Source: a virus
Length of the DNA: 64,000 nucleotides
Virus record (IMG/VR): IMGVR_UViG_3300045988_075875
Direction: 5' to 3' (one strand)
Below the pieces are notes generated by a model. It did no database searches, was not told the DNA's origin, and saw nothing but the letters and a program-made list of their open reading frames with translations. How positions within the stretch are numbered: position 1 is the first letter of the stretch; each line of letters begins with the position of its first letter. The position numbers and the translations under genes are program-made. Positions 42,091 to 50,908 of the stretch are shown here, in pieces.

Positions 42091-43412
42091 CAGAACCCCT
42101 CCAATTCAATCTCCGCGCTGACGCTCTCGCCCTCGCATTTGGCTGTTACCGTCAGCGGTTTCGGGCTGTAGCCCCAGCACCGTACTGTCAACTGGTTTCC
42201 ATTGACACTTACGCTGTAAGAACCCTCTGTGGCTCCCTCATAGGTCCACTCCACCACCGCGTCCTGTCGAACGCCGCCAATAAACAGCGCCGCCTCCAAG
42301 GTCTCCACATCGTAGGGGGCCATGTACTTGGGAACCTCATTCAAAAACCGTATCGCCGGTGTTTTTGCCGCCGATGCCTCCACCGTCACTGTAAACTCAC
42401 CGGCACAGTCCAGGTTCTGTTCCAGTGTCGCCTTGATCTGGCAGGTGCCCTCGCCTACCGCTGTTACCACGCCTTTGCCGTCCACCGTGGCTACATTGGG
42501 ATCGCTGGACGTCCATACATAACCGATGGGGTGTGCCTCCGTGGTCTCCACCTCGGCCCCATTCCGCCGGGAGGCTGCGGTAAATTGGGCCGAGTCTCCC
42601 GCTGTCATGCGAGGCGCCCCGGTGACAAATACCGCCCAGGAGAAGTTCTTCCCCCCTGCTACCTTCGCTTCCATATCGTCGATCTCGTGGTTCGGCTCCT
42701 GCATCCGGGCGTTGAAATACAGCAGGTGTGTACTCTCATCGTCCCCGGTAAACTCCTGCGTCACGTCGGAGTAGCCCGTGATCTGATAGGCCCGCCGCCC
42801 TAAGATCAGGCGGCTGTTCTGGTCCAGCTGCTCCGTGTTTTCGTTTCGCTGGCAGATGATGTTGAAATATCCCTGCATGATGAGGGTCATTTCCTGAAAG
42901 TCATTGGATGTGGCCTGCGCCAAGGACTTTTCCACAAGGATCGGTTCTTCTCGGATGTTCCCGTACCAATCCAGAAACCGCCACACGGCGTTGCACCGCC
43001 GCATAATGCCGCACCCCGACACGCTGGACAGGTTGGATGGGTTCGTTACCAGCCAGTAGGAACCCATGGTCTCCACCTTAGCTCCCTCCGGGATGTAATC
43101 CACCCCGGCGTCCGCCACCAGAAACGCCTTCTGGTCATCGGTTTTCCGGGTAAGGCTGACGCCCTGCTTGGTGGTGTCGGAGAGCCGGATGCGCTTTGTG
43201 CTCCACCGGTAGAAGTCTCCGGGAACCAATCCCTGCATCCGGGCCGTCACAAAGTCCGTGGCGTAAGGAGCCATTTCCTCCGCAAACAGCGCCGTGGCAT
43301 CCGCAAAATACTGCCGCTGCCGATCCCTGTATTGGGCCGGAGCGTTGGTCGCCCTGCCGTTCCCGCCGCTCAAAAGGCTGATGTTTTTCATGCTCCGCTT
43401 AACATCTGCCAT
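42090..43412 (-). CDS. structural protein with Ig-like (Big_2-type) domains
   Basis: 440 aa; YVWTSSDPNVATVDGKGVVTAVGEGTCQIKATL. Confidence 0.6.
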   Translation of the reverse strand: MADVKRSMKNISLLSGGNGRATNAPAQYRDRQRQYFADATALFAEEMAPYATDFVTARMQGLVPGDFYRWSTKRIRLSDTTKQGVSLTRKTDDQKAFLVADAGVDYIPEGAKVETMGSYWLVTNPSNLSSVSGCGIMRRCNAVWRFLDWYGNIREEPILVEKSLAQATSNDFQEMTLIMQGYFNIICQRNENTEQLDQNSRLILGRRAYQITGYSDVTQEFTGDDESTHLLYFNARMQEPNHEIDDMEAKVAGGKNFSWAVFVTGAPRMTAGDSAQFTAASRRNGAEVETTEAHPIGYVWTSSDPNVATVDGKGVVTAVGEGTCQIKATLEQNLDCAGEFTVTVEASAAKTPAIRFLNEVPKYMAPYDVETLEAALFIGGVRQDAVVEWTYEGATEGSYSVSVNGNQLTVRCWGYSPKPLTVTAKCEGESVSAEIELEGF

Positions 43413-43425
43413 GTGCCCCCTCCTT

Positions 43426-44139
43426 TCAGATCAGCTCTATCCGCCGCGTAGATCGGCGGAACGCCGTGGCGTATGCACAGTCCTGCTCATACTTCCGCAA
43501 TTCCTCGTTCAAAAGCCCCCGGTTTTGCAGTTTCTTCTTATTGCCCTTTTCCATGTACTGTGACTCGTTAGGCGGGTTAAAACTCCGGTCATGATCTTTG
43601 GGCGCGTCGCTGAGCCAGTTGCGGAAAAACCGCTCGTCCCATACGGAGGCTACGCACAGTCCCAATAGCCGCTTTTGCTCCGCCGTCAGGTCATGGGCAA
43701 AGGCCCCGTCGGTGTAAAAGTCCATCTCGTACTGCAATCCCGCATCCATCTGCGGCGGGAAGGTCACGGTCCCGGTCTCCGGGTCATACACCGCCTCTCC
43801 ATACGGTACTAAGAGCACGGACCCGTCCGGCTGCTCCGCCCGCTGTGCGCAGGAGAATAATTCGTAGCCGGTCATCCCTGTTTCCACCTTGGTCTCCGCC
43901 GTCAGGCTTTCCTCCGTGGAGACCCATGTGCTGTCTCCGTATGCCGGTTCCGTCAGTCCATTTTTCAGGTAATCCACCATCTCAGGGGGACGGTTGAATA
44001 CCGGGATCGCGTTTTTCATGTACAGGCTCATCCGACGCAGAAACTGTGCGGGGTTTTCCTCCGCCTGCCTTGTCAGCCGCACGTCATCAATAAAAACCTT
44101 GGCATGGTCGGAAATGATCTCGCTCCAACTCGTTCCCAT
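43426..44139 (-). CDS. hypothetical structural-module protein
   Basis: 237 aa, GGAGGGA RBS. Confidence 0.55.
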   Translation of the reverse strand: MGTSWSEIISDHAKVFIDDVRLTRQAEENPAQFLRRMSLYMKNAIPVFNRPPEMVDYLKNGLTEPAYGDSTWVSTEESLTAETKVETGMTGYELFSCAQRAEQPDGSVLLVPYGEAVYDPETGTVTFPPQMDAGLQYEMDFYTDGAFAHDLTAEQKRLLGLCVASVWDERFFRNWLSDAPKDHDRSFNPPNESQYMEKGNKKKLQNRGLLNEELRKYEQDCAYATAFRRSTRRIELI

Positions 44140-44297
44140 AGCCGTCCCTCCTTTTTGGCCTGTTTTATATGTTTTCCGTCCCGCCCTGTTTTTTCGGAAC
44201 GGTCATGTTCTGTTTTAATATTGCCCCATGCCGCCGCATTCCCAGTAGCATGGGGCTTTTCGCCTGGTTTCTCTCAGCCGGTCCAGTCGGCCTTTAA

Positions 44298-44864
44298 TCA
44301 AGGTTGAAAACCTTTTGCAAACGTCCAGTGAAGTCCCCCAGCACTTTGCGCATTTCGGTATTTTGTGCAGCAAGAATGAATACACCCTCGATTGATGCCC
44401 GTTTCTCGTTCCGCTGCTCCGCACGAACAATAAACTTTTCCTGTTTCAACGCAAACCACGGGACGGCCTCTTGATTTGCTGAATTTTTCCGCACGTCTCC
44501 CATAATTCTTGTTGTATTTTGCTGTGCACCATTCAAGGTTGTCCGCGTGGTTGTTCCCCCGGTTTTCATCAATGTGATTGATTTCCGGGTACCGATTGGG
44601 ATTCGGCAAATATGCCATAGCCACAAGTCGATGTACGTAATACTTTTTTGGCCTGCCATCAATGCACACGCACACATGTTTGTATCCGTGGCCGTTATCC
44701 ATTTGCTTTAAAGTTTTGTTGCTTTTTAGACTAAAAACCTCTCCGCTTTTGCTTACCGCATAATCGCCGTTCAAGATGCGTTTTAGCCCGTCCAATCGGC
44801 TTTCACCTCTCTTGTGTCGATGTGCGTAAAGCCCTTTTTCGCGTAGATCCCTACGCCGCCCCAA
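44298..44864 (-). CDS. HNH homing endonuclease (NUMOD4-like N-terminus + HNH_3); start uncertain
   Basis: YAVSKSGEVFSL..., VHRLVAMAYLPNP, EINHIDENRGNNHADNLEW; AT-richer; annotated start overlaps endolysin 3' end. Confidence 0.75.
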   Translation of the reverse strand: MGRRRDLREKGLYAHRHKRGESRLDGLKRILNGDYAVSKSGEVFSLKSNKTLKQMDNGHGYKHVCVCIDGRPKKYYVHRLVAMAYLPNPNRYPEINHIDENRGNNHADNLEWCTAKYNKNYGRRAEKFSKSRGRPVVCVETGKVYCSCGAAERETGINRGCIHSCCTKYRNAQSAGGLHWTFAKGFQP

Positions 44865-45796
44865 TCGGGCATCAGCTGTCGGGCGTAGGCCGCCACCTGC
44901 GCCGGGGTCTTTCCCCGTACCACAATGTCAGCCGCCGTGCCGTAGCAGTGCTGGCTGTGTGCCACGCCGCCCTCTTTGGCGTTGTACTGGGGCGTCCGGT
45001 AGGCACTGTTGATTACCACAGCGGAACCGAAATGTGTGCGGATGGATTCCAGCACCATCACAAGGCGGGGCGCCACCAGAATGGCGTCGCTGCCGTCCCT
45101 GCAGGCAAACTCCCGGACCTTGAAGTGGGCGGAAAGACGCTTGTTCCCGTCCTTGGCCTTGGAGTATCCGTTGATTTCTACCATGGGTTTTCCTCCTTTC
45201 GGTTCCGGGTCGATGTTCCAAAAGCAAATGTAGTTCTGCACCCGGCGGCTGGAATAGATGTACTGATTCCCCGCCTGTGACAGCTGGGTGGACCCGCCGC
45301 CGTCCAGCATCAGCGCGTAGTCGATGCCGGGAATGGCGCCCAGCGTGGCTTGCAGTTGGGCGGGAGTCTGGTTTCGCACTCCCTCCTTCATGGCGTAGAC
45401 CCAAATGCTGCCGTCCTTCAGTCCGTAGATGGCGGTCCGTCCGGCGGCCCGCTTCACGTCCGGTGTCATATCCGGAAGTGCCAGCTTTTTCCCCTCGTTG
45501 ATCAGAAACACACAGGAAATGAAGTTTTCGTACTTCGCCATCTCCCCGGAGACAGCCACCGTAAAGCGGCTGTCCCCGTTGTTCCATGCAAGACCCCGGT
45601 AGGCGTAGCGATCATTGGAAAGCACCTTCCCATTCGCCTTCACGTCGCAGGTCGGCACCCACTTGGCGGCATTGAAAAGGGTCCCGTTGATCACCACGTC
45701 CGCCCCCGTCAGCTTTCGGACCTGTGACGCCGTTTTCTTTCTGTTCTTCGGCGTTACAAATACCCGGATCTTCCCCGGCGTCACACGCACGTTCAT
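44783..45796 (-). CDS. endolysin-like cell-wall hydrolase: phosphodiester glycosidase (NAGPA/DUF2233)-like N-domain + peptidase M15A C-domain
   Basis: 337 aa; ALMLDGGGSTQL; INSAYRTPQYNAKEGGVAHSQHCYGTAADI. Confidence 0.8.
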   Translation of the reverse strand: MNVRVTPGKIRVFVTPKNRKKTASQVRKLTGADVVINGTLFNAAKWVPTCDVKANGKVLSNDRYAYRGLAWNNGDSRFTVAVSGEMAKYENFISCVFLINEGKKLALPDMTPDVKRAAGRTAIYGLKDGSIWVYAMKEGVRNQTPAQLQATLGAIPGIDYALMLDGGGSTQLSQAGNQYIYSSRRVQNYICFWNIDPEPKGGKPMVEINGYSKAKDGNKRLSAHFKVREFACRDGSDAILVAPRLVMVLESIRTHFGSAVVINSAYRTPQYNAKEGGVAHSQHCYGTAADIVVRGKTPAQVAAYARQLMPDWGGVGIYAKKGFTHIDTREVKADWTG

Positions 45797-46176
45797 CTGT
45801 TCAGATTCTTCCGGCTGTAGCAGCAGCCCCGGCTGTCATAGCTCAGCTCCCAGTGACCCACGGTGATGGTGGTGTCGGCGCGGCTCTCGTCCCGATCCAT
45901 CACGGGGATGGCAACGCCGTAGACTCCGCCGCCCAGTGCCTTGTTGGAGTAGCGGATAGGCTTGCCGTCGCTGGCGGTTTTGTAGATGCCGTCTTTCCCG
46001 TCATCCTCGGCGGGGATAAAGCCCTCCTTCATTTCCTGTTCCGTCCAACCGGACACGCCGCCGTCGGGATTCAGGTGGAAGTTTGCACCGGCCTCCTTCA
46101 GGGCCTCGTTGATCTCATCAATGCTCTTGCCGTTCTTCTTGCCCTCGTTGATGATCTCTGCATATTTCTTTTCCAT
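45793..46176 (-). CDS. hypothetical protein sharing a GWTxxEMxEGF motif with the tape measure protein
   Basis: ATG 46176 (AAAGGAGAA RBS); ...FHLNPDGGVSGWTEQEMKEGFIP... Confidence 0.55.
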   Translation of the reverse strand: MEKKYAEIINEGKKNGKSIDEINEALKEAGANFHLNPDGGVSGWTEQEMKEGFIPAEDDGKDGIYKTASDGKPIRYSNKALGGGVYGVAIPVMDRDESRADTTITVGHWELSYDSRGCCYSRKNLNR

Positions 46177-46194
46177 GATTTGTTCTCCTTTCAA

Positions 46195-46475
46195 ATCAAA
46201 AAATGGTTGTTGATTCTATCTATGCCCCCTCGTCGTTTCCCCGTTCCTCGTCCTCAAGGAGGGGTTTCCAAAGGGGATTCCCCCGTCTCCCGTCTTATGG
46301 GAGAGGGTTTTCAAAGGGAGAGGGCCGCAGCCCTCGCCCTTTGTGCCAGAGGGGGGATGGGGGACGGTGGCGTCCCCCATGTTTCTGGTGGGGGTTTAAG
46401 GGGGAGGGATCTTTGCGCCAAAGATTCCTCCCCCTTGCCCTGACACGGGAATGTCCCCCTGCGGGGAGCGCAATT
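46195..46475. other. G-tract-rich, hairpin-dense intergenic region inside the late operon
   Basis: No ORF; repeats GGGGTTTCCAAAGGGG / GAGGGTTTTCAAAGGGAG / GGGGGTTTAAGGGGGAGGG; ~12-bp hairpin GAGGGATCTTTG-cgc-CAAAGATTCCTC. Confidence 0.5.
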
Positions 46476-46742
46476 TTAATTACTCATCTGCTTTGCGATC
46501 TGATTCACGCCGGTGCTGGCCAGACCGCTTACAATGCCTACTGCCACGGCGGTAAGATAGTCCGTTGCGGGAAAGTCTGCCATAATCAGCATTCCCACCA
46601 CGCCCAGAACGCCGCCGGATACGCCCACAATAATGGGAATCCACTTGTTCTCAATGGCGGTGGCCTTCACAGCCATGCCGATCAGGTAGCAGATCACCGT
46701 GATTACCGCCACGCTGGCAATGCCAAATCCAGAAATATCCAT
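46476..46742 (-). CDS. holin (Hol44-like, multi-TM)
   Basis: 88 aa; MDISGFGIASVAVITVICYLIGMAVK...IPIIVGVSGGVLGVVGMLI...ASTGVNQIAKQ. Confidence 0.75.
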   Translation of the reverse strand: MDISGFGIASVAVITVICYLIGMAVKATAIENKWIPIIVGVSGGVLGVVGMLIMADFPATDYLTAVAVGIVSGLASTGVNQIAKQMSN

Positions 46743-46763
46743 GTCTAATTCCTCCTTTTATTT

Positions 46764-47552
46764 TTAGTCCTCTTCCGCTGCCTCCGCGCTGTTCAGCGCG
46801 TCCAGCACCGGGCGGAACATTCCCTTCCGCCGGGGGTCCTCCTTGGGTTCCTCCGCATACCGGGCCTTGTTCTTCGCGTTCAGCTGCTTCAGCAGTTCCC
46901 GACGGTCAGAGCTTACCTCGCCCCGCTCCCATGCGTCGTAATAAGCCTTGGCCACCATCTCCTGATGCTCCGTGCAGAGATCGTCGAAGATGTCCAGCAG
47001 CTTGTCCCCCATGGTCACGGCGCAACGGAAAGCCGTCTCGTCCAGCACCTCGCCCTTGCGGTACGCACAGTGATACACCGCCCGTTCCTCGTCCGTCATG
47101 CCGGAGAGCACCACCAGCCAGCGCCGCTCAATGAGCCGTCTTGCCGTCTCATCATAGAACCGGCTCCACTCGCTCTTGGGCACCATCACGGTGCCGTTCT
47201 TCCCGGTCACGGTGCCGTACATCCCGTTGGGACCGAATACAGCCAGATTATCGTCCGCCACCGGGGCGCACCAGCGGAGCGTCACTTTTTCCGTGTCCGC
47301 CATCACCTGCACCACTTGGGGTTTGACCTCCGCCATAGCCTTTGCAACGGCCTCCGCCGCCGCCTGTTTGGCGATCTCCGCTACCTCATCGGCTGTATAG
47401 AGCTTTTCGGGTTCTTTCTCCGCCGCAGGCGCTTTCTGCTCTGCCACGGGCGCAGCCTTTGTCTGTTCCCGCAAGGGCTGGTCGGCTGCTTCCAGCTCCT
47501 GGGCTTCAATCCCCGCCGCCACATCTGCGGCCGTCCGTTTCTCTTTTGCCAT
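46764..47552 (-). CDS. hypothetical head-module protein
   Basis: 262 aa, GGAGCGG RBS, Ala/Glu-rich N-terminus. Confidence 0.55.
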   Translation of the reverse strand: MAKEKRTAADVAAGIEAQELEAADQPLREQTKAAPVAEQKAPAAEKEPEKLYTADEVAEIAKQAAAEAVAKAMAEVKPQVVQVMADTEKVTLRWCAPVADDNLAVFGPNGMYGTVTGKNGTVMVPKSEWSRFYDETARRLIERRWLVVLSGMTDEERAVYHCAYRKGEVLDETAFRCAVTMGDKLLDIFDDLCTEHQEMVAKAYYDAWERGEVSSDRRELLKQLNAKNKARYAEEPKEDPRRKGMFRPVLDALNSAEAAEED

Positions 47553-47666
47553 CCTTGTCCGCTCCTTTCAGATAAAAGATGCTGGTTTGTTTCTTGCGCT
47601 TCGCCCTCATGCGGACTTCGCGCCATATCTGCGGGAGAGAGGGTTTCCTCCCTCCCGCTTTGGGTC

Positions 47667-48911
47667 TTACGCGTTAATGACGGCCATTTTATTGGCGGGG
47701 ACCGGCACACAGTCGATGGACATAGAAACCACTGCGTCGATGCTCATGTCTGCGGTCTGGTCGGGGGTCAGCTCCAACTGAATGGGAGTGCCCTCTTCCA
47801 CGCCGATGAACACGGGCTTGTAGCCGCCCACGGCGGTCAGCCAAATCTTGTCGGCGGGTACGATGTCGGTCACGGTGGTGTTCTGAGTGCCGGGGACAAT
47901 GGCGGTATCAATGGGCATCAGGTTCATGCCCATGTACTCGCCAAGGAACCCATAGCGCGTCCAGTCCAGCCCCAGCATGGTGGACAGGGCCGCATCCAGG
48001 TTCACGGTGGAGGCGTTCACCACACCGCTGGGCAGTGCCTTGGTCAGTGCGGAGGGACGGCCAATGGCCATCACATTCCGGTAGCGAGTCCCGTTCACAA
48101 CGCTCACGCGTTCACCGGCGGTGACCCAGTTGGCGGAAGTGTTGGTGAAGGTCATGTTGGCGGGCACATAGGCGGTGTTGGCGGTCATCTTGGTCAGGGT
48201 GCTGATCCACAGAGCGGTGATCTTGGAGTACATACCGGCGGCCAGGGCGTTGAAGAACCGGCCCATGTCGGCATCGTTGCCCACCAGCTGATACCACTTC
48301 ATGCTCACCCGCGCGGTGCGCAGACGGGGGTTCAGGGTCACGCTCTTGTTGTAGAGGGTGTTGGCGGGCTTGGAGCGGGACGAGCCCCAGCTGTCATCCT
48401 CAAAGAGGAAGATGTCGTTGGACATGATGTCCAGCTCCTTGGTCTGGCCGATGGGCACGGTGGTCATCTCAGCCAGCCAGCCCAGCCCGGAACTCATGAC
48501 GGTGGGCAGCATGGGGGTCACGATCTCGGTGACGATCCCGGCCAGAGTCTTGAGGTACAGGCTGTCGCTCATGAACTTGCGCTGGTTGCGGCGGAACTCG
48601 TCCAGATCAGCGGGGGGAATCTCCCCGCTCAGAGCGCACACCCGCTTGGCGCAGAAAAGCAGCAGGTTCTTCTGAAAGTTGCGGTTGGTCATGCTGTAAC
48701 TGTTCTGCCCCTCGCCGTCCGCCAGCATGGCGGTGAAATCGTCGGGCTGCTTGGTCATGACTCGCAGGGCGCGTTCGTCCCGGCCCAGACGCTCACGCAT
48801 CAGCAGACGGCCACAGGTCACGATGAAGGCCCGCTCCCGCTCCGCGTTGCTGAACTCCTTGGCTGCGCTGTCATATACATCAGGATTGATGCTGTTCAGT
48901 TTGATTGCCAT
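47667..48911 (-). CDS. major capsid protein candidate
   Basis: ATG 48911 (GAGAGGAGAG leader); ~414 aa; position downstream of protease/scaffold and decoration-like genes. Confidence 0.65.
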   Translation of the reverse strand: MAIKLNSINPDVYDSAAKEFSNAERERAFIVTCGRLLMRERLGRDERALRVMTKQPDDFTAMLADGEGQNSYSMTNRNFQKNLLLFCAKRVCALSGEIPPADLDEFRRNQRKFMSDSLYLKTLAGIVTEIVTPMLPTVMSSGLGWLAEMTTVPIGQTKELDIMSNDIFLFEDDSWGSSRSKPANTLYNKSVTLNPRLRTARVSMKWYQLVGNDADMGRFFNALAAGMYSKITALWISTLTKMTANTAYVPANMTFTNTSANWVTAGERVSVVNGTRYRNVMAIGRPSALTKALPSGVVNASTVNLDAALSTMLGLDWTRYGFLGEYMGMNLMPIDTAIVPGTQNTTVTDIVPADKIWLTAVGGYKPVFIGVEEGTPIQLELTPDQTADMSIDAVVSMSIDCVPVPANKMAVINA

Positions 48912-48934
48912 TGTTGTCACTCTCCTCTCGTTTC

Positions 48935-49567
48935 TCAGCCCGCTGCCGCGTCAACCTTGCAGGCCAGCACGTCCACGAACTCAAATGCGCTCTGTGCGCC
49001 CTCGGTAAAGGTGCCGCCGGTGGGCAGAACCTTGAAGTACGGAGTCCCCACGTCGGTGGGAGCAGCGCTGGCGGGCACCAGCAGACCGTTGGCAATGGTC
49101 AGGAACTTGTTGGCCCCCAGAGTGGTGGACAGGTTGCCGATGCCGAAGCGGTAAATCTTGTTCCCGTCGAACACGATCTTGGTGAAGGTGACGGGATAGC
49201 CCTTGGGCGCAGGCAGGCCCAGCGTGTTGGCGCCGACCTTGTAGAGGTTGCCGGTCGCGGGGTCCTGAACCATGTTCACGTCATAGGGGTTGCAGGCGAA
49301 AATGCCGTCGCCCTCGCTCTTCACGGCGGCTCCGGTGGCCTTCATGTTCCAGCTGTTGCTGTTCTTGATGGTCACGGTGGAGCCGGTGGGGCCAACGCCC
49401 ACATAGCCCTCGCAGTCCATCAGCTCGTCCTTCACGCACAGGAAACCGGCGGAGCACAGCTCATCCTGCTTCTCGCCGTTCTGGAACTTGCCGGTGATGT
49501 TCAGAGTCTCGTCGAATACGCGGTTGGTCACGCGGGGCCAAAACGCAGTCTTTTCAATGTATGCCAT
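48935..49567 (-). CDS. head decoration / accessory capsid protein candidate
   Basis: 210 aa; same conserved leader as capsid gene. Confidence 0.45.
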   Translation of the reverse strand: MAYIEKTAFWPRVTNRVFDETLNITGKFQNGEKQDELCSAGFLCVKDELMDCEGYVGVGPTGSTVTIKNSNSWNMKATGAAVKSEGDGIFACNPYDVNMVQDPATGNLYKVGANTLGLPAPKGYPVTFTKIVFDGNKIYRFGIGNLSTTLGANKFLTIANGLLVPASAAPTDVGTPYFKVLPTGGTFTEGAQSAFEFVDVLACKVDAAAG

Positions 49568-49591
49568 TGTGATTCACTCTCCTCTCGTATC

Positions 49592-50908
49592 TCAGCCGTT
49601 CATGCGGGCAAGCATTTCCTCAATGCCGCCGCCCTCACCGCTGTTGGTCTTGGGGTTGTTCCATGCGAAGGAATGCTGCTTGGCGGCCATTTCCTTCTTG
49701 CGCTTCTCGGTCTGTGCCTTGCCGTGTGCGGCCATCAGGTCCAGCACGGCGCGGTCTGCGCCGCAGAACTTCCCGTCAGTCTCCATGGCTGCGAACTCCT
49801 CTGCCCGGTCACACAGGCCCTTGGCAGTCTCGGTCATGTCGGCGTCGCCTTCCACGGCGCAAGCCTGGATGTCCTCCAAGGCACCGTTCACGGCTTCCTT
49901 CACGGCCTCCACCCGGCGCTCATGCTCGGCGGCTTCCATGGTGCGGATCTTTTCCTCCGCCTTGTCCAGACGTGCCTGCAGTTCTTTCACATCCTCCGCT
50001 TGCTGTCCCTTTGCGGCGCAGGCATAGTCCACGATGTCGCTTACCTCTACCGTGGCCTCCGCCCCTTCGCCAAAGGGGAAGGCTGCCGTGAGATAAGCGG
50101 GCTTGATGCGGCTCTCCACCACGGCGCCGTTATCCTCCGCGTTAAAGGCGTAGGTATAAGCGCTGCCGGCAGAGTCCACGAGGCCAACGTGCATCCCGTC
50201 CTCGCTCAGAGCGACCACGCGGTAGCCCGAGAATTTCTCGGACATGGCCTCCATTGCCTTCTTGCTCATGATGTTCACTCCTTTTCTCTTGTTCGTTTCG
50301 TTGCTTCCCTTTCCGGGGTCCAGAGACGCCGCCCGCAGTTTCAATGTCTTAAACTCTTCCTGCATGGCACTCAGCGCCTTGATCCGCGCCCCCGGAATTG
50401 CCGGCGGCACACCTTTTCCAAGGACCGTTACCGCCAAGCCTTCCCATTCCGTAAAAACTTCAATGTCTCCATCCTGGTAAGACTTACTTACAATGGTCTC
50501 CGCCGACACATCCATGCGCCCTGTCCGCACAATGAGATCGACAAGCTCCTTTGCGTAAAAGGCAAACAATTTGCCTTTTGCGGTGATCCATGTATGACCA
50601 TCTCTTTTTACAAGAGCAAAGTCCTTTTTGTCATCGGACAGCGTTCCGACGATGCGCTCCGCCGTCCCATCGAGGTAGGAATAGTATTCCTCCCCGGTCT
50701 TTGGGTCGATTTTCTTCCGGGCGTTGTGCCCATCCCCGATCTTTCCATTTACATAGGCAATCAGGATTGGACGCCCAACAAATGTCAGATAGTGGTTCTC
50801 AAGGTTTTGATAATTCCATTTATTCTGGTTTTCCGCGTCCCGCATGATCCACAGCTCCACTTCAAATTCGTGGTTGCTGATTTTTTGCAGAACCCGCAGT
50901 TCACCCAT
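49592..50908 (-). CDS. prohead protease / scaffolding protein candidate
   Basis: Start at internal ATG 50908 (MGELRVLQK...); C-terminal half is A/E/K-rich coiled coil; lies between portal and capsid. Confidence 0.45.
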   Translation of the reverse strand: MGELRVLQKISNHEFEVELWIMRDAENQNKWNYQNLENHYLTFVGRPILIAYVNGKIGDGHNARKKIDPKTGEEYYSYLDGTAERIVGTLSDDKKDFALVKRDGHTWITAKGKLFAFYAKELVDLIVRTGRMDVSAETIVSKSYQDGDIEVFTEWEGLAVTVLGKGVPPAIPGARIKALSAMQEEFKTLKLRAASLDPGKGSNETNKRKGVNIMSKKAMEAMSEKFSGYRVVALSEDGMHVGLVDSAGSAYTYAFNAEDNGAVVESRIKPAYLTAAFPFGEGAEATVEVSDIVDYACAAKGQQAEDVKELQARLDKAEEKIRTMEAAEHERRVEAVKEAVNGALEDIQACAVEGDADMTETAKGLCDRAEEFAAMETDGKFCGADRAVLDLMAAHGKAQTEKRKKEMAAKQHSFAWNNPKTNSGEGGGIEEMLARMNG

